From Alkalilimnicola ehrlichii MLHE-1 (GTDB lineage: Bacteria > Pseudomonadota > Gammaproteobacteria > Nitrococcales > Halorhodospiraceae): a stretch of DNA of 32,000 nt. Positions 1 through 8,548 of this stretch are shown here, in pieces. The stretch's first letter is position 1; each line of letters starts with the position of its first letter. Below the pieces are notes generated by a model that did not search any database, was not told where the DNA came from, and saw only the letters and a list, made by a program, of their open reading frames with translations. The DNA is taken from positions 3,240,001-3,272,000 of the forward strand of contig NC_008340.1 in assembly GCF_000014785.1 (NCBI RefSeq), read 5' to 3'. The position numbers and the translations under genes are program-made.

Positions 1-568
1 CGAAGACCTCGTAGAGGTTGCTGACCGGGAAGTAGCCCATGCCCGGGCCGTGGAGGTAGGTCTCCCACCAGCGCACCAGCAGCCCCAGCAGGCCGGCGCC
101 GGCCCCCAGCCAGGTAAAGGCGGTGGCCACCCGGCCGACAAAGGCCCGGTCGCCGCCGCGGCTGAAGGCCAGATCGGCAAAATAGAGGACCGTGGCGCCC
201 AGGAAGAAGACGCACATCCACATGATGGCCGCCTGACTGGAGAGCAGGTAGTTGAGCAGGAAGCTCTCCTGCGCGGCGTTCAGATCAGGGTAGATATTGA
301 CCGCCAGCACCGCCAGCGCGCCGACAATGAGCACGAAGGGCCGGGCCTGCTTCCAGTGCCAGCCCTGGGGGATCAGCCAGGCAACGGTGAGCGCGAGGAT
401 GATCTCCTCGTAATAATTCATGTGCTCGGCGTACTGCAGGTAGGCAGCCAGCCCACCGCCGACACAGGCCAGTGCCCAGATCCAGTCGAAGGGGGTCAGA
501 CTGCGCAGATAGGCCCCGCGCTCGTGTTGTTTCAGCTCGTCGGCCAGTTTCTCCCGGGTGGTGGACAT
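1..568 (-). CDS. ccsA: cytochrome c biogenesis protein CcsA/ResC (System II), N-terminal part, runs off the window start
   Basis: Minus-strand frame is open from the ATG at 568-566 to base 1; it is absent from the ORF track because it has no stop in the window. My translation is MSTTREKLADELKQHERGAYLRSLTPFDWIW...GMGYFPVSNLYEVF: hydrophobic multi-TM with the PVSNLYE motif typical of CcsA/ResC. The ATG overlaps the resB stop (ATGA), the usual resB-resC pairing. Confidence 0.8.
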   Translation of the reverse strand, partial: MSTTREKLADELKQHERGAYLRSLTPFDWIWALACVGGGLAAYLQYAEHMNYYEEIILALTVAWLIPQGWHWKQARPFVLIVGALAVLAVNIYPDLNAAQESFLLNYLLSSQAAIMWMCVFFLGATVLYFADLAFSRGGDRAFVGRVATAFTWLGAGAGLLGLLVRWWETYLHGPGMGYFPVSNLYEVF

Positions 569-2673
569 CAGGTCTTACCCTCCTCGCTGCCCTCGGACGC
601 CGCCAGTCTCAAGCGCAGGTCCAGTTCGTGCGCCAGCTTATCGAATTCCCGGCCAAAGGCCTTGGGGTCGCGCTGCCCCACCCCGGCCAGCAGGATGCGC
701 GTCTGACCCTCACGCCCGTCCCGCGTCACCAGCGCCCAGACCCGCCGGTGGGGGATATAGAACATCAGGAACAGCCCCAGCACCAACATGGCACTCCCAA
801 AATAGACGATCCCGGCACCGGGTGCCCGTCCGATCATCAGCCCTGTCGATTGGATCTGCTCAAACCCGGTAAGTTCCAGGAAGATCGGTGTGCCGTAGGC
901 TGGGAGGGCCGACAGCGCCGCGAGGGCCTCCTCGTAGAAGAGCCGATCGTCCTCGCTCAATCCGCCCAGATCGCTGACCGATTGCACCCCCTGCTCTCGG
1001 GCCACGGCGTCATGATAGGCATTGGTCAGGGTCCGCTCCAACAGCATGTGGGAAAAGTCCCGGAGCAGCGCCTGCTGTTCCGGGTCGTTGGAGCCGGCCA
1101 TCACCCGGGCCTCTATCCCCTCGCTGACCGCCTCGAACCCCTCCTGCAGGAGCTGGCGAATCATCTGCTCAGCCGACATGGCCATCTGCCCGGCAAGCTG
1201 CCGCGCCTGCTCGCGCTCATCCACCATGCCCAGCTCCAGCAGCACATAGCGGGCGGCCGCGGTAGCGGCCTCCCGACGCGGCTCGGACTGGCGCAAATTG
1301 CCCAGGAAGGTCATGAAGCGGTCCAGGCCGCCGTCCGGCCCTGCCGGGATATGCAGGTAGCGGAACGGCTGATTGGCGGAGGGCCGCATGCCGCTGAGAT
1401 AGTAATGGCGCCCATCAATGGTGATGGGGAGCATGTAGTTCTCGAACTCCAGCGTCCGGCCGTCGCGGGTGCGTAAGGCGTAAGAGAAACTCGGCCCCAC
1501 GTTCCGCTGGCGCCGGCCTGACTCCTGCAGCTCGTCCGGCCGGACATTGGTCAGTTCAAAGTCGCGGAACTGCAGGGTGTACTCCTGCCCCGCGACCCCG
1601 ACCCGCGCCTCGGAGAAGACCCTCGCCTCGAGCTCCTCCGGGGCCTCGGAATCGCCCGCAAGGGGCCAGATCCGCAGATCCAGCCTGGAGCCGCCATCGC
1701 CGAAACTGGCTTGGTAGATGGAGTAACCGCGGTACTCCAGCGGCTCATTGACCCGGATGGTCTCATGGAAGGTCTTATCCCGCTCCGGGTCGATGATCTT
1801 CAGGTCGCTCTCATAGGAGCGCGGCTGCCCGCTCGGATAATGCTGGATTCGGAAGTCCTCCACCACGATGGTGAAGGGCAGCTCCTGCACCACGTAGCCG
1901 TCGCGCAGGGGCAGGAAGGTGACATTGGCGGCGCGGCCCTCGGGAATGCTGGTGGTGCCACGGAAGGAGCCCGGCCGCACCGGCAGTTTCTTGCTGTCGT
2001 CGATCTGGGAGACGGGAATATCGTCCCGGGTCTCGATCTGCAGGTTGCCGCGCCACTCGTTCCACTTGAGGAGCAGATCACCGTCGATCAGCCCGCCCAC
2101 GCAAATGACCACGATAGCCAAGTGGGTGAAGATATAGCCCAGCCGATTGCTGCGCCCCTTCATGCCGGCCAGCAGCATCTGCCCCCCGCCGCCCGACTTG
2201 TCGCGGAAGCGGAATCCCTTGTTCTTCAGGGTGCGGGCAGCCGCCTCGCGAGCCCCCTCAGGCGCCAGCGCCAGGGTCCACTCCCGGCGGTTGCTGAGCG
2301 CTCGCAGGGAGGCCTCCTGGTGATGGTCCCGGAAGCGGGTCATCTCCTTCACCACACTCGGGGTGTGGCGGTAGAGACAGACGCTGGTGGTGATGACCAG
2401 GAAGACCAGGATGGCCAGGTACCAACTGGCCGAGTAGACGTCGTAAAGCCCCAGCCGGCGGAAGACCTCGAACCAGAACGGCCCGAAGTCGATCATGTGC
2501 TCGGACCAGGTGCGCTCCTGGACCAGTACCGTGCCAATGATCGAGCCGATACCCAGCGCCACCAACAGGGTGATCGCCAGGTTCATAGACCCCAGGAAAT
2601 CGAGCAGGGTCGCGGAGACAGAGCGCCCCTTGCGGTGGGCGCGACGCGGAGCGGCGGCGTTATTACTGGACAT
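568..2673 (-). CDS. resB: cytochrome c biogenesis protein ResB/Ccs1
   Basis: The 708-aa ORF has an N-terminal TM (LAITLLVALGIGSIIGTVLVQ), a large soluble domain and a C-terminal TM, and sits directly upstream of ccsA. I prefer the ATG at 2673 (MSSNNAAAP); the track start at 2694 is a GTG without an SD. The start is uncertain by 21 nt. Confidence 0.85.
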   Translation of the reverse strand: MSSNNAAAPRRAHRKGRSVSATLLDFLGSMNLAITLLVALGIGSIIGTVLVQERTWSEHMIDFGPFWFEVFRRLGLYDVYSASWYLAILVFLVITTSVCLYRHTPSVVKEMTRFRDHHQEASLRALSNRREWTLALAPEGAREAAARTLKNKGFRFRDKSGGGGQMLLAGMKGRSNRLGYIFTHLAIVVICVGGLIDGDLLLKWNEWRGNLQIETRDDIPVSQIDDSKKLPVRPGSFRGTTSIPEGRAANVTFLPLRDGYVVQELPFTIVVEDFRIQHYPSGQPRSYESDLKIIDPERDKTFHETIRVNEPLEYRGYSIYQASFGDGGSRLDLRIWPLAGDSEAPEELEARVFSEARVGVAGQEYTLQFRDFELTNVRPDELQESGRRQRNVGPSFSYALRTRDGRTLEFENYMLPITIDGRHYYLSGMRPSANQPFRYLHIPAGPDGGLDRFMTFLGNLRQSEPRREAATAAARYVLLELGMVDEREQARQLAGQMAMSAEQMIRQLLQEGFEAVSEGIEARVMAGSNDPEQQALLRDFSHMLLERTLTNAYHDAVAREQGVQSVSDLGGLSEDDRLFYEEALAALSALPAYGTPIFLELTGFEQIQSTGLMIGRAPGAGIVYFGSAMLVLGLFLMFYIPHRRVWALVTRDGREGQTRILLAGVGQRDPKAFGREFDKLAHELDLRLRLAASEGSEEGKT

Positions 2674-2792
2674 GCTTGGTGCGGACCTCGGCACTGAGGC
2701 GGACCGGCCGCAGCCCCCGCGGGTTCAGATAGACCCCCGCCTTGGGGCCGGATTGACGCCACCTGACGGGCGGGTGGTCACGCGCCCGTCGC

Positions 2793-3410
2793 TCAGCGGT
2801 GCAGCCCGGTCATGTATTCGGTGACAGCTTCGATGTCCTCATCGCTCATGCGCGAGGCGATGTCCCGCATCATGCGGTTGGGATCGGAGTCACGCTCCTC
2901 ATCGCGGTACTCCCGCAGGGCCTTGCGCATATACTGGGCGTGCTGCCCGGCAACCCGGGGGTACTGGGCACCCTTTACGCCCTCACCCGCCGGCCCGTGG
3001 CAGGCCATGCAGGCGGCAACACCCTGTCCGGGAATGCCGGCGCGGTAGATCTCACGCCCGCGCTCGACCAGCTCCTCGTCTGCCTCGTGGAACACGGCCT
3101 CCTGGGCCTCGTAGTAGACCGCCAGATCACGGATGTCCTCGTCGGAGAGGCCCGCGGCCTGGGGGGTCATCAGCGGATCCTGACGATCACCGTCACGGAA
3201 CAGCTGCAGCTGGTAGACGATATAGTCGGCAGGCTGCCCGGCGAGCGACGGCCAAGCGGGGTTGTTGCTATTGCCTTGGGCGCCATGACAGGCGACACAG
3301 GTCGCCGCCTTGCGTTCGCCCGCCTCGATATCACCATCAACGGCAAGGGCAGGCAGGCTGACGCCAGCCAGGATGAGGCCGGCAGCGGCCGCAATAAACC
3401 GGTTATTCAT
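2793..3410 (-). CDS. di-heme cytochrome c4
   Basis: Two CxxCH motifs (CVACHG, CMACHG) lie in two repeated c-type domains. Signal peptide MNNRFIAAAAGLILAGVSLPALA starts at the internal ATG 3410, preceded by GAGG. Confidence 0.85.
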   Translation of the reverse strand: MNNRFIAAAAGLILAGVSLPALAVDGDIEAGERKAATCVACHGAQGNSNNPAWPSLAGQPADYIVYQLQLFRDGDRQDPLMTPQAAGLSDEDIRDLAVYYEAQEAVFHEADEELVERGREIYRAGIPGQGVAACMACHGPAGEGVKGAQYPRVAGQHAQYMRKALREYRDEERDSDPNRMMRDIASRMSDEDIEAVTEYMTGLHR

Positions 3411-3538
3411 GGATCCGATCACCTCTGGATGCCTCCGGGCTGGTGCGCACTGATACGACTCAAGGCGCGGACTCAACCTGGGATTGGTTCTGATACTTGT
3501 TGCATGAAGGCCGGTGGCCGACGGATAAACGGCTGATA

Positions 3539-3567
3539 GTTATATCAGTCGCCCGGAAGGCGGTCAA
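3539..3567 (-). promoter_or_regulatory. candidate sigma70 promoter for cytochrome c4 (TTGACC-17-TATAAC)
   Basis: Read on the minus strand: TTGACC (3567-3562), 17-nt spacer, TATAAC (3544-3539). The palindrome CTGATA-GTTA-TATCAG (3533..3548) overlaps the -10. Confidence 0.4.
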
Positions 3568-3580
3568 TCTGGCAGGTGTG

Positions 3581-3613
3581 GAAAACTGCCGCGCCCCACC
3601 CGCGGGGCGCGGC
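3581..3613 (-). terminator. intrinsic terminator downstream of the peroxidase gene
   Basis: 10-bp GC stem GCCGCGCCCC / GGGGCGCGGC (3588-3597 / 3604-3613) with a 6-nt loop, 10 nt after the TAA at 3623. On the minus strand it is followed by AGUUUUCC. Confidence 0.55.
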
Positions 3614-3622
3614 ACATGGTGC

Positions 3623-4630
3623 TTACGGCAGGGCCGGCACCTGGAAGTCCGGCATCTCACCGGTCAGGGACTCCATGAAGGCCACCAGCTCGGCGACGGT
3701 CTCGTCGTCGAACTCGCGGTTCAGCATCTCACGGCCCATCACCTGAGTGGCCTCCTCCAAGGTCTCCACCCCACCGTTGTTGAAGTAGGGGTAGGTCACC
3801 GCCACATTGCGCAGGGTTGGGGTCTTGAAGGCAAACCGGTCGGCCTCCTCGCCGGTGACCAGGTAACGACCCTCATCGGTGGAGCCCGGCACCTGAATGC
3901 GGTGGAAGTTGCTGTCGGTCAGCGCGGGCCCGCGGTGGCAGGCGATACAGCCGTTGTCCACAAAGGCGGCCATACCGCGCTTCTGCTGGTCGGTCAGCGC
4001 ATCCAGGTCACCCCGCAGGTAGCGATCGAACGGCGAGTTCGGGGTATTCAGGGTGCGCTGGAAGCTGGCCAGGGCCTTGGCGACGTTATCCGCTTTGATC
4101 GGCTGGTCATCGCCCGGGTAGGCCGCCGCGAACTTCGCCTGGTACTCATCGAACTCCTTGAGCCGCTCCAGGGCTGCGTCCAGGTCCATGGCCATCTCGA
4201 TGTCTGCCTCGATCGGCCCCAGGGCCTGACCCTCCAGGTCCGGCTCGCGGCCGTCCCAGAACTGGGCCTCGAAGAAGCCGGAGTTGAGCACCGTGGGGGT
4301 GTTACGCTCGCCTACCTGGCCCTCGTGACCCACCGCCCGCGGAATGCGGTCGGCCCAGCCGAGCGCCGGGTTGTGACAGGTGGCACAACTGATAACACCG
4401 CTGGACGAGATGCGCGGCTCGAAGAAGAGCATCTTGCCCAGTTCGATCTTCTCCTTGGTCAGGGAGTTATCCGCCGGAATCGGCGGCAGCGCGGGCAGTG
4501 GCTCGAACCGGTCGGCATACTGGCTGTAGAAACCGTCTTCCGCACTGGCGGTGCTGGCGGCAAAGGCCAGAATGCAGCCCATTCCCAATGCCGGGATCGC
4601 CTTGCGGAGGTGTGTCCCCAGGCTTGTCAT
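3623..4630 (-). CDS. ccp: di-heme cytochrome c peroxidase (CCP/MauG family), periplasmic
   Basis: Has a signal peptide, two heme motifs (CATCHN, CIACHRG) and the FKTPTLRNV family motif. A strong RBS AAGGAGG precedes the ATG at 4630. Confidence 0.85.
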   Translation of the reverse strand: MTSLGTHLRKAIPALGMGCILAFAASTASAEDGFYSQYADRFEPLPALPPIPADNSLTKEKIELGKMLFFEPRISSSGVISCATCHNPALGWADRIPRAVGHEGQVGERNTPTVLNSGFFEAQFWDGREPDLEGQALGPIEADIEMAMDLDAALERLKEFDEYQAKFAAAYPGDDQPIKADNVAKALASFQRTLNTPNSPFDRYLRGDLDALTDQQKRGMAAFVDNGCIACHRGPALTDSNFHRIQVPGSTDEGRYLVTGEEADRFAFKTPTLRNVAVTYPYFNNGGVETLEEATQVMGREMLNREFDDETVAELVAFMESLTGEMPDFQVPALP

Positions 4631-4675
4631 AGTGCGCCTCCTTATCTGTTGACGCTGGCGTGGTGAACCCCTTTG

Positions 4676-4699
4676 CAGAGCATCAAGTCAAATGCTCTG
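4676..4699. promoter_or_regulatory. perfect 8-8-8 inverted repeat (CAGAGCAT-N8-ATGCTCTG) in the divergent ccp/msrP region; candidate operator
   Basis: Read directly: CAGAGCAT at 4676-4683, ATGCTCTG at 4692-4699. It lies in the only AT-rich stretch of this intergenic region. Confidence 0.35.
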
Positions 4700-4742
4700 T
4701 AATTGTTCCAAAATGAAGGTACGGTAGGTATTAGTAGCTTAC

Positions 4743-4765
4743 AACTGAGCGAAATACTCAGTTTT
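4743..4765 (+). promoter_or_regulatory. leader stem-loop with U-tract upstream of msrP
   Basis: AACTGAG (4743-4749) / CTCAGTT (4757-4763) with a 7-nt loop, followed by TT; about 35 nt upstream of the msrP ATG. Confidence 0.3.
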
Positions 4766-4799
4766 GCCGTCGATCAATTCTCTTGCTGGAGTGCCCGCC

Positions 4800-5747
4800 A
4801 TGGCCCGCTATCGCTATCCGAAGATCCCGGAATCAGAGATCACCCCGGAACCGCTCTACCGGGCCCGGCGCCGGTTTTTCCGCCAGGGCGTCGGCTTGGC
4901 CGTCGCGGCCGCGGCACCGGGGCTGCTGCTGCGCCCGGCCGCCGCCTGGCAGGGGGCTCTGGACGAGGCCCCCGGCAGCGGGCTGTCCACCGACGAACCG
5001 CTGACGAGCCTGGATGACATCACCTCCTACAACAACTTCTACGAGCTGGGCACGCGCAAGCGCGACCCCTCGGACTGGGCCCATCAGCTCCAGACCGACC
5101 CCTGGACCCTGAGTATAGAAGGCGAGGTGAATAAGCCAGGGGAATTCGACCTGAGCGATGTCATCCGGCCGGATGAACTGGAGCAGCGCATCTACCGCCT
5201 GCGCTGCGTGGAGGCCTGGTCCATGGTGATCCCCTGGGTCGGCTTCGAGCTGCGTAAGCTGCTGGAGCGCCACGAGCCCACCGACCGCGCCAAGTACGTG
5301 GTCTTCGAGTCCATCCACGACCCGGACAACCTGCGCGGCCAACGTCGCGGCATCATCGACTGGCCCTACCGTGAGGGGCTGCGCATGGATGAGGCGATGC
5401 ACCCGCTCACCCTGCTGGCGGTGGGGCTGTACGGCAAGCCCATGCCCAACCAGAACGGCGCGCCCATCCGTCTGGTGGTGCCCTGGAAGTATGGCTTCAA
5501 GAGCATCAAGTCCATCGTGCGCATCCGCCTGCAGGAGGAACGTCCGGTCAGCGCCTGGGAGGCGATGTCACCGGAGGAGTACGGCTTCTACGCCAACGTC
5601 AACCCCCACGTCGACCACCCCCGCTGGTCGCAGGCTCGGGAGCGCCGGATCGGGGAACCGGGGCGGCGGGAGACCCTGATGTTCAACGGCTACGAGGAGG
5701 AGGTCGCCCACCTTTACGAGGGCATGGACCTGGAAAAACACTTCTGA
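4800..5747 (+). CDS. msrP: protein-methionine-sulfoxide reductase catalytic subunit MsrP (YedY), molybdopterin, Tat-exported
   Basis: Collinear with E. coli MsrP as I recall it ([57 protein letters not shown]). Tat motif [11 protein letters not shown] at 4800; the track start at 4764 is a TTG. Confidence 0.9.
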   Translation: MARYRYPKIPESEITPEPLYRARRRFFRQGVGLAVAAAAPGLLLRPAAAWQGALDEAPGSGLSTDEPLTSLDDITSYNNFYELGTRKRDPSDWAHQLQTDPWTLSIEGEVNKPGEFDLSDVIRPDELEQRIYRLRCVEAWSMVIPWVGFELRKLLERHEPTDRAKYVVFESIHDPDNLRGQRRGIIDWPYREGLRMDEAMHPLTLLAVGLYGKPMPNQNGAPIRLVVPWKYGFKSIKSIVRIRLQEERPVSAWEAMSPEEYGFYANVNPHVDHPRWSQARERRIGEPGRRETLMFNGYEEEVAHLYEGMDLEKHF

Positions 5748-5748
5748 T

Positions 5749-6348
5749 ATGGATCATCAAAAGACCGCCATCCACGGCTTCCGTGTACTGGTCCTGGTGG
5801 CGTGCGCCACGCCGGCCCTGTGGCTGGTCTGGGCCTGGTTCAACGCCGGATTGGGGGCGAACCCGGCGGAGGCCGTGGTCCACTTCACCGGCCGCTTCGG
5901 GCTGGCGCTGCTGCTGGCCACCATCGCCTTGGGGCCCGCCTTCCGACTCAGCGGCTGGGTGGGGTTCATGGTCGCCCGCCGGCAGTTGGGGCTTTGGGCC
6001 TTCTTCTGGCTGGTGGCCCACGCCCTGGCCTGGATGGGGTTGGATCAGTACTGGGACTGGCCCTGGATCTGGCAGGACCTGTGGGGGCTGGAGTACATCC
6101 GCTACGGACTGGCGGGCCTGGTACTGCTCGTGCCCCTGGCCCTGACCTCCTTCCGGGCCGCCCAGCAGGCCCTAGGCAGGAGCCGCTGGCAGTGGTTGCA
6201 CCGGCTGGTCTACCTGTCCGCGGCGCTGGGGGTGGTGCACTTCTGGATTCTCACCCGGGCCGATTACCGGGATGTGGTGATCTACGGGGCCGTGCTGGCC
6301 GCCCTCGCCGCCTTCCGCCTCGGCTGTGCGGTCGTGGACCGGCGCTGA
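5749..6348 (+). CDS. msrQ: MsrQ (YedZ) heme-binding membrane subunit
   Basis: 199-aa polytopic membrane protein starting 1 nt after the msrP stop, the canonical msrPQ pair. Confidence 0.85.
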   Translation: MDHQKTAIHGFRVLVLVACATPALWLVWAWFNAGLGANPAEAVVHFTGRFGLALLLATIALGPAFRLSGWVGFMVARRQLGLWAFFWLVAHALAWMGLDQYWDWPWIWQDLWGLEYIRYGLAGLVLLVPLALTSFRAAQQALGRSRWQWLHRLVYLSAALGVVHFWILTRADYRDVVIYGAVLAALAAFRLGCAVVDRR

Positions 6349-6394
6349 TGAGGATCGGCTTGGCGCCCGCGGCGGGCTGGGGGACAATGGCCCC

Positions 6395-7015
6395 ATGAAT
6401 CCGATCTATTTCCAGGCCCGCTTTCTCACCAGTGCGCCGGACCTGCGCCGCATGCCGCCCGACCAGGGCCGGGAGGTAGCCTTCGCCGGCCGCTCCAACG
6501 TGGGCAAGTCGAGCGCCATCAACACCCTGACCAATCAGAAGTCGCTTGCCCGTACCAGCAAGACCCCGGGCCGCACCCAGTTGATCAACGTCTTCCCGAT
6601 CACCGACGAGGCGGCGTTGGTGGACCTGCCCGGCTACGGCTACGCCAAGGTGCCCGCCGCCGTGCGCCGGCGTTGGGATCAGGTGCTGCCGGAGTATCTG
6701 GCCGGCCGCCGCGCCCTGCGCGGCGTGGTGCTGGTAATGGATCTGCGCCACCCGCTCACCGACTTCGACCGCCAGATGTTGGACTGGTGCGGCCATATCG
6801 GGGTGCCGCTGCACGTCCTGCTCACCAAGGCGGACAAATTCAAGGCCGGGGCGGCGCGCAACCGGGGGCAGAATGTGGGCCGGCAGCTACGCGCCGAGTG
6901 GCCCGGGGTGACCTGGCAGATCTTCTCGGCCAGCAAACGGATGGGCGTGGACGAGGCCCACGCGCGGCTGGATGAATGGCTGGGCCTGGGCCCCGCCGCG
7001 GGGGAGGGCCGCTGA
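6395..7015 (+). CDS. engB: ribosome biogenesis GTP-binding protein EngB/YihA
   Basis: G1 motif [22 protein letters not shown], and TKADK (G4). N-terminus [14 protein letters not shown] starts at the internal ATG 6395. Confidence 0.9.
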   Translation: MNPIYFQARFLTSAPDLRRMPPDQGREVAFAGRSNVGKSSAINTLTNQKSLARTSKTPGRTQLINVFPITDEAALVDLPGYGYAKVPAAVRRRWDQVLPEYLAGRRALRGVVLVMDLRHPLTDFDRQMLDWCGHIGVPLHVLLTKADKFKAGAARNRGQNVGRQLRAEWPGVTWQIFSASKRMGVDEAHARLDEWLGLGPAAGEGR

Positions 7016-7035
7016 GCAGCCCGCCCGCCGGCGGG

Positions 7036-7692
7036 TCAGAATCGGTAACTGAGCGCCACCGAGATGACCGGATAGTACTTCAGGTCTTCCAGGTCGTCCT
7101 CGAGGCTCTCTTCCTCTCTGCGGACATCCTCGCGGAACTGTTCTTCCAACACCGGGTTGTTGGTGGTCCCGTCCAAGCGGACTCGCGGGGAGCCGGTGAA
7201 CAGGACGCCGATATCGGACGAGAAGGACAGCCGGCCGCCGGCCAGCGCATTGCCCCAACCGATACCCAGGTAGGGGGCAAACCTGCGCCAGTCCACCTCG
7301 GCATCCAGACGCGCATCGTAGACGCCCTCGCCGATCGGCAGCCCTTCCTCCTGGGCCGAGCCGCGGAACTCGTTGCCGTTGTAGAACCCGCCGGCGCTGA
7401 GCCGGAAACGCCCCCCGAAGGGGTACCAGTCCGCCAGCACCCCGGCGCTGCGCACCTTCAGGGTGCCGTCATATTCAATGTCGTCCTCTTCCACATCGGT
7501 ACTGTAGTCGAGCCCCGATACCGAGGCGCGCAGGTTGACCCGGTCACTCACCCCCAGGGTGCCCTCCAGACCCAACCCCGTGGTGCCGGCCTTTACGCCG
7601 ACGGCGAACGGGCCAGCCGCATGGCCGGTACCCGCGCTGAACAACAGGACCAGGGCGAGGGCAATGCCCCCGACGGCGCGGCGTTTTTTCAT
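7036..7692 (-). CDS. putative outer-membrane beta-barrel protein (family not recognised)
   Basis: Signal peptide MKKRRAVGGIALALVLLFSAGTGHA from the ATG at 7692, alternating beta-strand pattern, terminal ...ALSYRF aromatic residue typical of OMPs. An acidic segment (EEESLEDDLEDL) precedes the last strand. Confidence 0.6.
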   Translation of the reverse strand: MKKRRAVGGIALALVLLFSAGTGHAAGPFAVGVKAGTTGLGLEGTLGVSDRVNLRASVSGLDYSTDVEEDDIEYDGTLKVRSAGVLADWYPFGGRFRLSAGGFYNGNEFRGSAQEEGLPIGEGVYDARLDAEVDWRRFAPYLGIGWGNALAGGRLSFSSDIGVLFTGSPRVRLDGTTNNPVLEEQFREDVRREEESLEDDLEDLKYYPVISVALSYRF

Positions 7693-7782
7693 ATCGTCTC
7701 TTCCCGATAACGCGAAAGGTTTAATCTTTCGCATCATAAGCGGGTTCGCCATGCCCGATCCAGGGGTCAGCACGGCCGGGGG

Positions 7783-7831
7783 AAAACGCACAAAGAAAAG
7801 GACCCCGGTCCCTGGGGGGAGGGAACCGGGG
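7783..7831 (-). terminator. intrinsic terminator (minus strand)
   Basis: Minus-strand RNA is CCCCGGUUCCCU-CCCCCC-AGGGACCGGGG: an 11-bp stem with one bulge (7803-7813 / 7820-7831), followed by UCCUUUUCUUUGUGCGUUUU. Confidence 0.6.
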
Positions 7832-7920
7832 CCAAGCTTGACCCGGCCTTGGGGCGAGCCGGGTGCAGAAGCCCGCTAGAAGAGGAGGGAAGCGGGCGGC
7901 GCCAGCGTCGGCGCTCATTG
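7783..7920 (-). ncRNA. candidate small RNA or structured dsbB 3' UTR with a C/U-rich (anti-SD-like) loop
   Basis: Four consecutive hairpins on the minus strand: 7898-7915, 7871-7897, 7841-7864, and the terminator at 7803-7831. The second presents the loop UUCCCUCCUCUUCUA. No ORF or start codon explains the region. The 5' end is not defined. Confidence 0.25.
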
Positions 7921-7990
7921 ATTAAGACTAGCCCGGCCGCAAAAAGTTTCCCGGCCGGCGAAAAAAATTTGGCCCGAGTGGGGTTCGCCC

Positions 7991-8479
7991 TTATGCCCGC
8001 CGGGCGAGCACGGCATACAGCCCCAGGGCGCCAAGGGCCAGGTACCCCACCAGGGTCCAGCCGGGCAGGGGCACACCCAGCACCGCGTCCACCTGGGTGC
8101 AGTCGGTGGTGCCGGAGAGGATCTCCAACAGCACCTCCCACCAAGGCAGAAACTGGGCCAGCACCTCGGGCGACATACCACAGCTGACGGCATCGGGGTT
8201 GGCCTGAATGTAGAGATGGCGCAGGGCGATGATCACGCCGGTCAGGGCACTCAGGCCCAGGGCGCCGGCCAGCGGCCAGCGGCCCCAGCCCCGGGGGAAG
8301 TACACCAGGCCCACTAGCGCCACCAGCGACATCAGACCGAAGACCCCCCGCTGCACCCAGCAGAGCGGACAGGGGGGCATGTCCGCCAGGTATTCCAGCC
8401 CCAGCGCCCCCAGGTTCAGCAGCAGTGTGAGCACCAGGAGCAAAGCAAGCCCCCGGCGCCGGAGCAGCCAGTCACCCAT
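7991..8479 (-). CDS. dsbB: disulfide bond formation protein DsbB
   Basis: Four-TM protein with CPLCWVQR (first Cys pair) and a second periplasmic Cys pair (SCG...DCT). ATG at 8479 (MGDWLLRRRGLALLL). Confidence 0.85.
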   Translation of the reverse strand: MGDWLLRRRGLALLLVLTLLLNLGALGLEYLADMPPCPLCWVQRGVFGLMSLVALVGLVYFPRGWGRWPLAGALGLSALTGVIIALRHLYIQANPDAVSCGMSPEVLAQFLPWWEVLLEILSGTTDCTQVDAVLGVPLPGWTLVGYLALGALGLYAVLARRA

Positions 8480-8548
8480 ACGCGCCCCCTGCGGCGACGC
8501 CGGTCTGCGACCCCGCCATCCCACCCCGGTTGCCCGGCCAGTGTTTCA

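Noticed and set aside
4673-4686. FNR/Anr-like site TTGCA-GAGC-ATCAA (TTGAT-GCTC-TGCAA on the ccp strand), overlapping the 8-8-8 repeat. This was tempting because ccp genes are FNR/Anr-activated in several bacteria.
   Set aside because: Only one half-site is perfect; the other matches 3/5. A class II arrangement centred here would put the start site inside or after the ccp Shine-Dalgarno sequence, so the geometry does not fit. It is kept only as a remark.
7882-7889. Strong plus-strand Shine-Dalgarno-like GAGGAGGG, suggesting a small plus-strand gene.
   Set aside because: No ATG, GTG or TTG lies within a usable distance downstream. The only ORF crossing it (7849..8187) is antisense to dsbB and low-complexity. 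It is better explained as the complement of a C/U-rich loop on the minus strand.
7742-7999. tRNA-like GGTTCG (T-loop-like) motifs at 7742-7757 and 7981-7999.
   Set aside because: No acceptor, D or anticodon arms can be drawn around either copy. The second overlaps the dsbB stop codon. They are simply GGG-TTCG-CC(C) mini-hairpins or a short repeat.
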